Below are positions 19,349 through 28,820 of a stretch of DNA of 45,289 nucleotides, piece by piece (within the stretch, counting starts at the first letter, position 1; each line of letters opens with the position of its first letter). The notes under the pieces are model-generated. The model did not search any database, had not been told where the DNA came from, and was given only the letters and a program-made list of their open reading frames with translations. This DNA comes from Promethearchaeota archaeon (lineage in GTDB: Archaea > Asgardarchaeota > Lokiarchaeia > Sigyniarchaeales > SOKP01). A program made the translations under genes and the position numbers. The stretch covers positions 1 to 45,289 of the forward strand of contig JBHLLU010000014.1 of assembly GCA_048938895.1 (NCBI GenBank). Direction: 5' to 3'.

Positions 19349-19533
19349 GAATTCCACGTTCAAAATTATTGTTATATTTTCTTTATGTCATAATGTATTT
19401 AAATTCATTAGGACTGATTTTATACAAAATTTGTTTATATAATATCTTAAAAATAACATATTAAATCAGCTGAAAATTATATAAAATCAATTTTCGAAAA
19501 TTATTTAAAAACTTATTATCGGGTAAATTTTAT

Positions 19534-20730
19534 ATGGTTAAATTACCTTTAGAAGGAGTTTTAGTTATTGATTTTTCAACAATTATTGCTGCTCCCTTGA
19601 TTGGAACACTTTTAGCAGATTTTGGGGCTGAAGTAATCAAAGTTGAATTACCAAAAATCGGTGATACTACCAGAGGAGGTGGTAGATTCCCGGGACTAAG
19701 GAGTCTTTTTTGGTTAACCATGAATAGAAATAAAAAATCTATTACATTAGATCTTCATAAGAAAAAAGGGCAAGATCTAGCGAGAAAGCTTTGTTCTAAA
19801 GCAGATATAGTTCTCTTCAATTTTCGACCGGGAGTATTAGAAAAATGGAATCTAGGTCCTGAAGTATTGCAGAAGATTAATCCCGATTTAATTATAGGGC
19901 TTGTTTCAGGTTATGGTCAAACTGGACCATATAAGCATAAGGGAGGATACGATAGGACTGTAAGTGCTTTTTCAGGTTTGACATATACATCTGGGTACCC
20001 AGAACACCCACCTGTACGTTCTGGTTTCCCCTTAATTGATTATTTAACCGGATATCTCGGAGCATTTGCAGTAATGGCGGCATTATATAATAGAGATGTG
20101 AATAAGAGTGGAGGAGAAGTGATTGATTTATCTCTCACTGAAGCTGCGTTTAAAACATCAGGAGGTGCTTTATCAATATATTCAAAAACGGGAGAAATTT
20201 ATGAAAGATCAGGAAATCGAATTCCATTTGTAGTCCCTGCAGAAAATTTTGAAACTAAAGATGGTAGAAATGTGGCAATTAATGCTAATTCTGTAAAGCA
20301 GTGGGAGATATTAGCAGGAGCGATGGGAAGATCTGATTTATTAAAATATAAAAAGTTTAATTCTGCTTTAAATAGATTTCAAAATCAAGATGAGTTATAT
20401 GAGATAATAGGAGAATGGGTAAAAAATTATAGTGCTAGGGAGATCATGGAAATATTAGAAGAAGTTGGTGTCCCCTGTGAAAAAGTCAATAACATTGCAG
20501 ATTTAGCAGAGCATCCCCATATGCTTCAAAGAGAAGCGATAATTGAGTATGATGATTATGAATTTGGTAAAATCTTAGTACCAGGAATCGTCCCTAAACT
20601 TAAGAATTTCCCAGGACAAATAAGATTCTTAGGTACCAAATTAGGAGAATATAATCAAGAAATTTACAAAGAAATTTTAGGGCTGACTTCAGAAGAAATA
20701 AAGGATTTGGAAGAAAAAGGTGTATTATAA
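19534..20730 (+). CDS. Family III CoA-transferase (CaiB/BaiF)
   Basis: PLEGV.VIDFS..IAAP...LADFGAEVIKVE, NRNKKSITLDL, NFRPG, SGYGQTGPY, catalytic D in LIDYLTG. Confidence 0.95.
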   Translation: MVKLPLEGVLVIDFSTIIAAPLIGTLLADFGAEVIKVELPKIGDTTRGGGRFPGLRSLFWLTMNRNKKSITLDLHKKKGQDLARKLCSKADIVLFNFRPGVLEKWNLGPEVLQKINPDLIIGLVSGYGQTGPYKHKGGYDRTVSAFSGLTYTSGYPEHPPVRSGFPLIDYLTGYLGAFAVMAALYNRDVNKSGGEVIDLSLTEAAFKTSGGALSIYSKTGEIYERSGNRIPFVVPAENFETKDGRNVAINANSVKQWEILAGAMGRSDLLKYKKFNSALNRFQNQDELYEIIGEWVKNYSAREIMEILEEVGVPCEKVNNIADLAEHPHMLQREAIIEYDDYEFGKILVPGIVPKLKNFPGQIRFLGTKLGEYNQEIYKEILGLTSEEIKDLEEKGVL

Positions 20731-20768
20731 TTTGGATTTATTAATTTTTCAAATCTATTATTAATGAA

Positions 20769-21938
20769 TTAAAGATCCAAGGGATATTTTCGATATTTTT
20801 CTATAGCAGCTCTGAACGCTAAGATGTTTTCCCAAGGTACGTTTAAAATATTATGACTTGGACCTGCAAAATACCCTCCTCCATAGGCAGCAGCTTTTAT
20901 ACATCTTTTTACTTCTTCTTCTACTTCTTTCGTAGTTCCGAAACTTAGTATTCTTGTAGAGTCCATTCCTCCCATAAAGCTTAAACGATCTCCTAATGTT
21001 TCTTTTAAGTATGTTAAATCGACACCAGCAGTCGGTTCTAAGGCTTGGATGCAATCTAAACCTGCATCAGTCATATCTGGAAGAAGTTTATCGATATATC
21101 CACAAGAGTGCTGAATTATAAACATACCATGTTTGTGACATTCTTGATATATTTTTTTATAATAGGGGAGCATAAAGGTATGGAAATTCTTAAGAGAAAA
21201 CATCGAACGTCCCTTATAACCTAAATCATCATAATAAAAAACTGTATCTACACCTGCTTCGGCGTAACGTTTCACATACTCTAAATTTACTTTAGTGTAT
21301 TCATTCATAACTTCATGAATGAAGTCTGGATTTTTTCGCATATGATAAGTAACTCTACTTACTGTCATACCCTCAAATAGAGCCTCATTCATTGCAATCA
21401 TTAATCTAGCTATTGGGTAAAAATAGGGTGAAAGGCAATTAACAAATTCCTCCCAAACTTTTGGTGAGTAGTTAACATCATCATTAATACATTCAGAAGG
21501 TTTTCCATATTCATCCCAATAGGAGTGTAAAATTTCAGGAGTTTTGAAATAACCATCTATATACCATGCATATGTTAAACCTGTTTTGATTTGTTCTACT
21601 CGCTTAAAGATTCTACCTGATATTGGAAGCAAATAGCTTCCAGGATATTCTGGTGGTCCCTCGGCAACAATAGTTTTCATTCTATGTCTCCAGGGATCCA
21701 TTGAGTAGCAATCAACATTCCAAAATCTTGGTTCTGTTATATCTCCTACCCATCTATAATCCTCTTTAGAATAAGTATTTTCAATGTATGTCTTATTAAC
21801 TTTATATTCCTCTGATTCTAAAAAATGTTGATAAGAAGTTCCAGTCGTTTCAAATCCAAGATAATGGATTGGGATCATATCAGGTTCGTCATTGCGTTCT
21901 AAAGTCCGAATCACTCGCTCTCGTTTAGATAAACCCAT
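20769..21938 (-). CDS. Uroporphyrinogen decarboxylase / MtaA-like methyltransferase family protein
   Basis: DDLGYK, QHSCG Zn motif, GGMD, AGPSHNI, VPWENI. Confidence 0.88.
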   Translation of the reverse strand: MGLSKRERVIRTLERNDEPDMIPIHYLGFETTGTSYQHFLESEEYKVNKTYIENTYSKEDYRWVGDITEPRFWNVDCYSMDPWRHRMKTIVAEGPPEYPGSYLLPISGRIFKRVEQIKTGLTYAWYIDGYFKTPEILHSYWDEYGKPSECINDDVNYSPKVWEEFVNCLSPYFYPIARLMIAMNEALFEGMTVSRVTYHMRKNPDFIHEVMNEYTKVNLEYVKRYAEAGVDTVFYYDDLGYKGRSMFSLKNFHTFMLPYYKKIYQECHKHGMFIIQHSCGYIDKLLPDMTDAGLDCIQALEPTAGVDLTYLKETLGDRLSFMGGMDSTRILSFGTTKEVEEEVKRCIKAAAYGGGYFAGPSHNILNVPWENILAFRAAIEKYRKYPLDL

Positions 21939-22059
21939 AATAAAAAAAATAATATGATTGTTTAAAAAAATATTTAATGAAATTTAATTTGTAAATATTA
22001 TTAATAGTAAATTGGAAATAGGGATAATTTTTAAATTGTAATTAACGCAGGCTATTATT

Positions 22060-22695
22060 ATGGATTTTGAAGAGTTAACGGAACTTATCATAGAATTAGA
22101 AGTAGATGATATTGCCGATGCAGTAAAAGTGGCATTAGAAGAAGATAAGAAGGATCCATTTGATATTTTAACAGCCTTAACTAAAGGTATGGATGAAGTT
22201 AGCCGTCGTTATGAAGAATTTGAATACTTTCTAGGAGAATTAGTGTTAGCTGGTGATACTATGAAAGCAGGACTTGAAGTCTTAAAACCGGTTCTTAGAA
22301 TTTCTGATAGTGCCGAAGAGAAAATCAAAGTCGTAATCGCAACTGTAAAAGGAGATCAACACGATCTTGGGAAAAACCTTCTAGGAATATTGCTATTAAG
22401 TGCTAATTTTGAGGTTTACGATTTAGGGAGAGATGTTAATGCTGAAGAAATAGTAGAAAAAGTGAGAAAAACTGGAGCGTCTGTTGTTGCATTAAGTTCT
22501 TTATTATCTATGACAGTTGACCAAATTGAAGTTGTTCATAAAGCCCTAAAAAAGGCAGGATTACGAGATAGAGTAAAGTTGATAGTGGGTGGAGCTCCAT
22601 TAAATTTGGAATTAGCAAAGAAATTTGGCGCAGATGGTTATGCTGATGATGCAATATATGGTGTAGAACTCATTCGAAAATTAATAGAAGCTTAA
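22060..22695 (+). CDS. Corrinoid (B12-binding) methyl-carrier protein
   Basis: Cap domain GM..V...YE..EYFL.EL; GDQHDLGKN (DxHxxG), LSSLL, VGGAP, GADGY. Confidence 0.93.
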   Translation: MDFEELTELIIELEVDDIADAVKVALEEDKKDPFDILTALTKGMDEVSRRYEEFEYFLGELVLAGDTMKAGLEVLKPVLRISDSAEEKIKVVIATVKGDQHDLGKNLLGILLLSANFEVYDLGRDVNAEEIVEKVRKTGASVVALSSLLSMTVDQIEVVHKALKKAGLRDRVKLIVGGAPLNLELAKKFGADGYADDAIYGVELIRKLIEA

Positions 22696-22755
22696 AAAAA
22701 TGCTCAACTTTTATTCCTATTGTATTAAATTAAAAGAAAGAGAATTTCAAAGTTT

Positions 22756-24180
22756 TTAGTAGTTTAATCCCTTAAAATAATTCACAGTGGTAAACATGTT
22801 CTTACCACCAGTTCTTAGATAATTCATCGCTTTTTCAATACCTTCAATAGTTAAATCGAACATTGGGATAATACTTGAAATAATTTTACGTGTCCATGGA
22901 CTCCATTCAGCTCTAATTAACTCGGGATTGAGCCAAATGATACCATCTTTGAAATGATTAGCTAGTTCCTTAATATAAAAAATACCAGGCATTTCATTCC
23001 TATGATAATAGTATATTGAACCATATTTCTCTGTTAATTCCCAACTAGCCATAGCAGCATCCCCTACCACCACAACTTTATATTTATTATCATATTTCCG
23101 AAGAAACTCATCAAATTCAATTGCTTCTTCTGGATTCCTTCTAGCATTGAAGTATAAAGTCTCATAAATACAATTATGAAAGTAATAGTACTTAAAATCT
23201 TTCCAATGGGACATGTTATTTGCAGCTGAGAAAAGTAAGTTGACGAGATGGGCGTAGGGTGTCATGCTTCCCCCCACGTCCATGAGGAGTAGTATTTTTA
23301 CGTCATTTTTCCTCCGTTTATCGAACACAATTTCTATTTCTCCTCCATTTTTTGCAGTTTTATTAATAGTATCATCTATGTTTAATTCATCTTGTTTTCC
23401 AATTTCTTCGAGTTTTTTGAGTCGCTTCAAGGCTATCTTAATTTGGCGTGTGTCGAGAACAATATCTTTCCGATAATCTTTAAATATTCTCTTCTCTGCA
23501 ATTTGTACCGCTGTTCGCATACCTGCACCACCACCAATTCTCATGCCCATAGTATTTTGTCCCGAATGCCCAAATGGTGAGGTCCCTTGCGTACCAATAA
23601 AATGATCTCCAAAATTATGTTCCTCATCCTGTTCTTGCATTAATTCTTCAAGACGCTTTTGTAATTCTTCAAGGTTTGTAAACTGGTCTGCCATTCCTTG
23701 TAATGCAGCAGCTTCAGCAAGAGCGTTGAGATTATTTTGAAGCCATGATAAAATTTCACTTTTGATATCATCAGGAGCTTCAGCAAGTAATGATCCTTCA
23801 AGCTTATCAGCATATTTATCGAGTAATTCCTCAAGTAATTTTTTGATATCCACATCTAGAAGATATTGTTGATATTCTTTTATGAGAGCTTCTAAACCTT
23901 CAATGAGTTCGGGAAGTGATATGGGTTTTTGAAGCCATTCCCATATTTCTTGCTTGAATTCCTCGGGGAATTGAATCATTGCATTTTTAAAGAAATTTGC
24001 AAATGAAATATCAAATATATCGAAATGATGTTCATTTTTACAGAGAATAGAGCGTGAAGTGTAGTAGAATTCAACCATATTATGAATTAATCCTTTATTG
24101 AGAGCCTCAAGTAAGGTCATATATTCTGTAATACTTACAGCTAGGCGTTCCTTTAGGTAATAGAAAAATTCTACAAACAT
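22756..24180 (-). CDS. VWA domain-containing CoxE-like protein
   Basis: GTQGTSPFGHSG, MDVGGSM MIDAS, YFHNC.YE, VGDAAMA..EL, WLNP. Confidence 0.88.
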   Translation of the reverse strand: MFVEFFYYLKERLAVSITEYMTLLEALNKGLIHNMVEFYYTSRSILCKNEHHFDIFDISFANFFKNAMIQFPEEFKQEIWEWLQKPISLPELIEGLEALIKEYQQYLLDVDIKKLLEELLDKYADKLEGSLLAEAPDDIKSEILSWLQNNLNALAEAAALQGMADQFTNLEELQKRLEELMQEQDEEHNFGDHFIGTQGTSPFGHSGQNTMGMRIGGGAGMRTAVQIAEKRIFKDYRKDIVLDTRQIKIALKRLKKLEEIGKQDELNIDDTINKTAKNGGEIEIVFDKRRKNDVKILLLMDVGGSMTPYAHLVNLLFSAANNMSHWKDFKYYYFHNCIYETLYFNARRNPEEAIEFDEFLRKYDNKYKVVVVGDAAMASWELTEKYGSIYYYHRNEMPGIFYIKELANHFKDGIIWLNPELIRAEWSPWTRKIISSIIPMFDLTIEGIEKAMNYLRTGGKNMFTTVNYFKGLNY

Positions 24181-24293
24181 TTGAAATATTCTTCAAATTA
24201 GTATATCTTGCTAGTATATAATAATTGTAGTAATATAGATTTTTGCCAATAATTTGAAAAGAAGTTTTCAAATATAATAGAGGAAACAAATCT

Positions 24294-24379
24294 AAAAATA
24301 GTTCCTGCCAAACACCTCAGGATTTTTTATGGTAAGATTTCGCCACGATCCTCCCTTAGGCATGACTTGGTCTCAAACT
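24294..24379 (-). ncRNA. Candidate small structured RNA (alternatively a 23-aa sORF at 24292-24363)
   Basis: GC-richer island folding on the minus strand into a long bulged hairpin with G-U pairs; TTTATATT at 24395-24402 upstream and a U5 tract at 24294-24298 downstream. Confidence 0.3.
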
Positions 24380-24498
24380 CATAAATAGTTTGCTAATATA
24401 AACTCTAAGTAGAGTCTTAGACTAGTATTAGATTGGGAACATATTATAATCTAATGATTAAATTTGGAGTTTAAATCATTTCATATCAATATTTTAAC

Positions 24499-25002
24499 AT
24501 GTTTTATACAATCGCCGATGATCTCATTTTTTATCAAATTATAAAGTTTACAAAAAAATTCTCTAATTTAGAACTTAAATTATATCAATATTTTCATTTA
24601 AAGACCAAGGGAATTTATCCCGAATTAGTAATACTGATAGGAAAATTTATTTTTTACTTCGTTAAGAATGAGTATTATTTCAAAGCCAAAACCTTCTTAG
24701 ATTTTATGAGGAGAGAAGTTAAAGGGAGAAAAATCTTAATTATAAGAATTGAAAATGTTCTTATCAATTTAATTTATAGCCTTTTTCCTGATTTATATAT
24801 CCACGATATTGCATTAGAATATGATATAGCCTCAGGGCAGAGAAAAATAACAATTTACTTGCTGACATTTAAAGAAAGAGGAATAGCGATTGGAAGGGGA
24901 GCAGAATACATTCGAAGTATCAATGAATTGTTTAAAAAATATATTATATTTGAAAATAAAGATGCACCAATTGAAATTGGATGTAAACATCTATTTAGTT
25001 AA
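24499..25002 (+). CDS. Archaeal NusA-like KH-domain protein (divergent paralog)
   Basis: RKILIIR...LI.SLFP...KITIYL....RGIAIGRGAEYIRSINEL matches the second KH (GxxG) repeat of archaeal NusA. Confidence 0.65.
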   Translation: MFYTIADDLIFYQIIKFTKKFSNLELKLYQYFHLKTKGIYPELVILIGKFIFYFVKNEYYFKAKTFLDFMRREVKGRKILIIRIENVLINLIYSLFPDLYIHDIALEYDIASGQRKITIYLLTFKERGIAIGRGAEYIRSINELFKKYIIFENKDAPIEIGCKHLFS

Positions 25003-25059
25003 CAACTTATAAGTTTATACCTAAGTTTGAAAGTTATATTGCATTGAAGAAATTATACT

Positions 25060-27024
25060 TTATTTTACGATTAGAGGAATATATTTAATTTCTTTCTTAT
25101 TAAGTTTAAATTGATAAATGATTTTATACCTTAGTGCAAATTCTGCTGGTATCTTTTTAATATTATTTGGATGTACCTTACTAATTAATGAAACTCCAGA
25201 ATTGGTAATAGTATTGATAACAATGATTTCAACTTCACTTTTTTCTTCAGATATTTCTAATTTAAGACTATTTACACCGTTTTCAAGCACCACTATGGAT
25301 TCTGGTGAAAACTCATTAGTTATAGCTAACATAATTGTTTTAATATCTTCTGATATATTCTGAATAGTGTAAAGAATGTTTATATTTGAATTAATTTCTT
25401 TTATTTCCTTTTTTATTAATATTCCCGCTTCGGAATACCAGAATAGAATTGAATTCTCCTTTGGTAATATTAAAGAGTTAAACAATGTATGTTTTAGGAT
25501 TTTTTTTTGGAAGTATTTTCTTCCATTTTGATTAATTTCTACTTTATAATCCATCATGCTTCCTATTGATTCATTATTAACATAACAATTGTCCATTAAG
25601 AAATTTCCATGAGTATTAGTTATCTCTTCAATACCAGGGTAGTTCACATGAATTTTTAGATGTGGAAGCGCGTTAAATAATACATTTCTATCTTGTGAAG
25701 AAAAGAATAAATTTGGAGAAAATATAGAATCTTTATCTTTGTTAACTAAAAAGGTACATCTCCCTCCAAATGGACTAAATTGGCAGATCCATTTTGATAA
25801 AAACCATTCAATTACAGGAGAAGATCCTCTGAATTTCCAAATTGGTTTGAAAGTTTTCGCTTTTTCTGTGGATAGCCAATCAAAAATTGTATCTATTGTA
25901 GTTCTATCATCCCATAGTTGCATGCCTGGAACATTCATAAGATATCGTGAAGTAAAATCGCCAAAAGAACCAGGAGCACATCCAAATTCAAATTGTTGTG
26001 ATAAATTATATTTTAATAATTCAATGGTAAGATTTCTCTTCTTATTTTTCTGTGATTGAGATTTAAATCTATTTTCATTACTTCTATAGTATTCCTGATA
26101 ATATTTTATTTCAGGAGATTGTTCAGTATACTCAAACCAATCTTTATATCCATCAATATTTACACTCTCTACCATCCAAGAAGCTTGTCCATTGGGTATT
26201 TTATCTATTTCAAACGATTTTTCATGTCTAATAATATCAGAAAAAAGCTTAACCTCAATCCAACTATTATCAGTAAGTTCCTTAAAAAACAATTTCAAGT
26301 TTTCATGAGATTTTTTATAATCCATATTTCGTGCTATCTGCCAAAAACCAATTACTTCAGCATCTTCAGCATAACATAGTACTTGTTTATCTGAATCAGA
26401 TTCTGTAATTCGATTAAGAAAATTAATAAATTCTGTAGTTTGTCCCGATTGTATTACTCGATTAATTTTTTCTTTAATAATTTGATTATCAGGAAGATAA
26501 AAGAAATCTGTATTTTTACTTTTTATTTTGCGTTTCCATACATGTTCAACTGGTAAGTTATTAGATCTTAACGCACCTTTAAGAATATCATTTTCAACAA
26601 GAGTATAATTATAACCGTATTCTAATAACATACTAATCATTTCTTCATAAAAAACTCGTTCTGCATTCCAGTAACCATTTAATTTTTTCAATTTTGGGAA
26701 TAGATTGTGGATTATAATATGATTCCATTTAATTTGTTTTCTATTTATCCATTCTGAACAAGTATATAGGATATTTTGAGCATATGATGATCCCAGGAGT
26801 TCAAACTGGTTATTATTTAAACCTTCCCGAAAATGTTCAATAGTTTCTGGGTTTTTCCATGCCATTTGCTGCAATAATGTAGCAGACAAATGCCAGTTTA
26901 CTGGTATGTCAGGAAATTCGCCCATTATGATCGGCAAATGCTTGTAGCAACTATGATATGCTACGGGATAATGCATTGAAAAAGGAAAGTTCCCATGAAA
27001 TAAGAGACCGAGTATAACAGACAT
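25060..27024 (-). CDS. Glycoside hydrolase family 57-like protein (alpha-glucan active)
   Basis: HLSATLL, FELLGSSYAQNIL, GYWNAERV (nucleophile Glu), YAEDAEVIG (acid/base Asp); divergent from the mal operon. Confidence 0.75.
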   Translation of the reverse strand: MSVILGLLFHGNFPFSMHYPVAYHSCYKHLPIIMGEFPDIPVNWHLSATLLQQMAWKNPETIEHFREGLNNNQFELLGSSYAQNILYTCSEWINRKQIKWNHIIIHNLFPKLKKLNGYWNAERVFYEEMISMLLEYGYNYTLVENDILKGALRSNNLPVEHVWKRKIKSKNTDFFYLPDNQIIKEKINRVIQSGQTTEFINFLNRITESDSDKQVLCYAEDAEVIGFWQIARNMDYKKSHENLKLFFKELTDNSWIEVKLFSDIIRHEKSFEIDKIPNGQASWMVESVNIDGYKDWFEYTEQSPEIKYYQEYYRSNENRFKSQSQKNKKRNLTIELLKYNLSQQFEFGCAPGSFGDFTSRYLMNVPGMQLWDDRTTIDTIFDWLSTEKAKTFKPIWKFRGSSPVIEWFLSKWICQFSPFGGRCTFLVNKDKDSIFSPNLFFSSQDRNVLFNALPHLKIHVNYPGIEEITNTHGNFLMDNCYVNNESIGSMMDYKVEINQNGRKYFQKKILKHTLFNSLILPKENSILFWYSEAGILIKKEIKEINSNINILYTIQNISEDIKTIMLAITNEFSPESIVVLENGVNSLKLEISEEKSEVEIIVINTITNSGVSLISKVHPNNIKKIPAEFALRYKIIYQFKLNKKEIKYIPLIVK

Positions 27025-27310
27025 AAATACACTCCAGATACTTTACTTATTTCAATTATTATATAAAAGTTCTTATTAAAATTTATTATTGGCTGATTTA
27101 ATCCAAACAGTGGTTTTTTTTTCAAAATTTTCAAATAAAACTGATAACTGATATGTTTCTATCATTTTTTGGCTCTATAATCTTTTCTTATAAGAAATAA
27201 AGTAAATTATTAAATACCATGTTACAGCTTTGTTCACTTAACTAAATCTCTTAAAAAATTCGTTAAAAAAATGAAATTATTAAAAAATTTATTAAAAAAA
27301 GGCGAACAGT

Positions 27311-28750
27311 ATGAGATATGAAAAAAATTCAATAATACTTGTGATGATGTTATCTCTTTGTCTGAGTATTGCCTTTTTTGGGAATATAGTAGCCAATAAT
27401 CCAAAATCTATTCAAGTAACTCCAAAAGCTTCTCAAGAAACTATCACATTTTGGTATACTGAAAATGATGCTGAAAAACCGGGATTATTAGATAAAATCG
27501 CTCTCTTTGAGGCTGCAAATCCTACAATTACAGTAGTTGCCACGCAACATGGATTTTTTGGAGTTGGTGATGAATTTGCGACTGCTTTTATAGCTGGAAC
27601 AGAACCAGATGTGTTGAGAACACCCCGAGACGACGTAATTCGCTTTGCGTATGATGGCCTAATTGATCCATTAACAGATGAATTCACCTCAAGTGATCTA
27701 AATGATTTCGTTCCAGCATCTCTTGCATTGATGACGTATGCTGGTGAAATCTGGGGATTTCCACAAGCTATTGATTGTCCTATGTTTCTCTTCAATAAAG
27801 CATTATTTAATACAGCGGGAATCGATCCAGATCTTATTTCATTTAATGTTTCATGGACTTGGTCTGAATTTAATACCAATATTGCACTTTTAAATGCTAC
27901 ACCAGGAGTCTACGCATTATCAATACAAGGTATGTTTTATGGGGCTCAACCATACTATTATGGACATGGAGCACAATTTATGGAAAGGTATATCTATGAT
28001 ACAAGACATATCGCAGTTGATAGCGCAATATCGCGTTCTGCTTTAGAATTTATTAAAAATCTTACTGATTCAACATTAACTCCTCCGTGGGTAGAACAAG
28101 GATGGGGCAATTACATACCTGATTTTGGCAATGGTAAAGTCGCGATGGTCGCTACAGGACCATGGGAAATAACAAATCTTCTTACAAATTATCCTCAATT
28201 CAATGGAACTGTCTATGGAAATAGTAATCTTGGATTTATGTTATTACCACATGACAGTGACGGCAACCAAGGAGCTCTCGTAGGTGGAAATTATTATACT
28301 ATTTCTTCACAGACAGATGAATATGATGCTGCAATTAAACTTGTTAAGTTCTTATCTTCCGATGGTATGATGGCGAAATCAGGGATTGAAAATTACCACA
28401 TTCCAGCAAGGATAAGTGCAATGACTAATGCTAGTTTTATGGCAGCACCTTCTTATCAATACGTAGAACCTTACTTTAACCAATGCTTATCAGCACATAT
28501 ATTAACCCCTTCACCATTCTATGGTCAAATGGAAAACGTTCTTGGAGGATATCTGGATCAATATTTAGCTGGTCAAATTAATTTAAACCAACTGCTAACA
28601 AGTACTATTGCTGAATGGAATGATATTCTACCGGGTTGGGGAAGAACAGAGCAGGTAACTGTCCCTGGATACGGTCTTCCACTAGTATTAGGTATACTCT
28701 TAACAGGTATTATAGGAATTGGCATATATTCGATGAGAAGGAAACGATAA
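27311..28750 (+). CDS. malE: Maltose/maltodextrin ABC transporter substrate-binding protein with C-terminal PGY-TM-basic sorting signal
   Basis: ITFWYTE, PDV, WGFPQAID, FGNGKVAMVATGPW, GGNYY; C-terminal VPGYGLPLVLGILLTGIIGIGIYSMRRKR. Confidence 0.88.
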   Translation: MRYEKNSIILVMMLSLCLSIAFFGNIVANNPKSIQVTPKASQETITFWYTENDAEKPGLLDKIALFEAANPTITVVATQHGFFGVGDEFATAFIAGTEPDVLRTPRDDVIRFAYDGLIDPLTDEFTSSDLNDFVPASLALMTYAGEIWGFPQAIDCPMFLFNKALFNTAGIDPDLISFNVSWTWSEFNTNIALLNATPGVYALSIQGMFYGAQPYYYGHGAQFMERYIYDTRHIAVDSAISRSALEFIKNLTDSTLTPPWVEQGWGNYIPDFGNGKVAMVATGPWEITNLLTNYPQFNGTVYGNSNLGFMLLPHDSDGNQGALVGGNYYTISSQTDEYDAAIKLVKFLSSDGMMAKSGIENYHIPARISAMTNASFMAAPSYQYVEPYFNQCLSAHILTPSPFYGQMENVLGGYLDQYLAGQINLNQLLTSTIAEWNDILPGWGRTEQVTVPGYGLPLVLGILLTGIIGIGIYSMRRKR

Positions 28751-28820
28751 TATTTAATGATATAAATCTTTTTTTTTTATTTATTATGAAGTATTAACAA
28801 CAAATAACAATTACTTAGAA

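Noticed and set aside
24296-24390. MITE with 8-bp target-site duplication
   Set aside because: No terminal inverted repeats abut the AT-rich direct repeats and no second copy is in the window; kept only as an RNA/sORF candidate.
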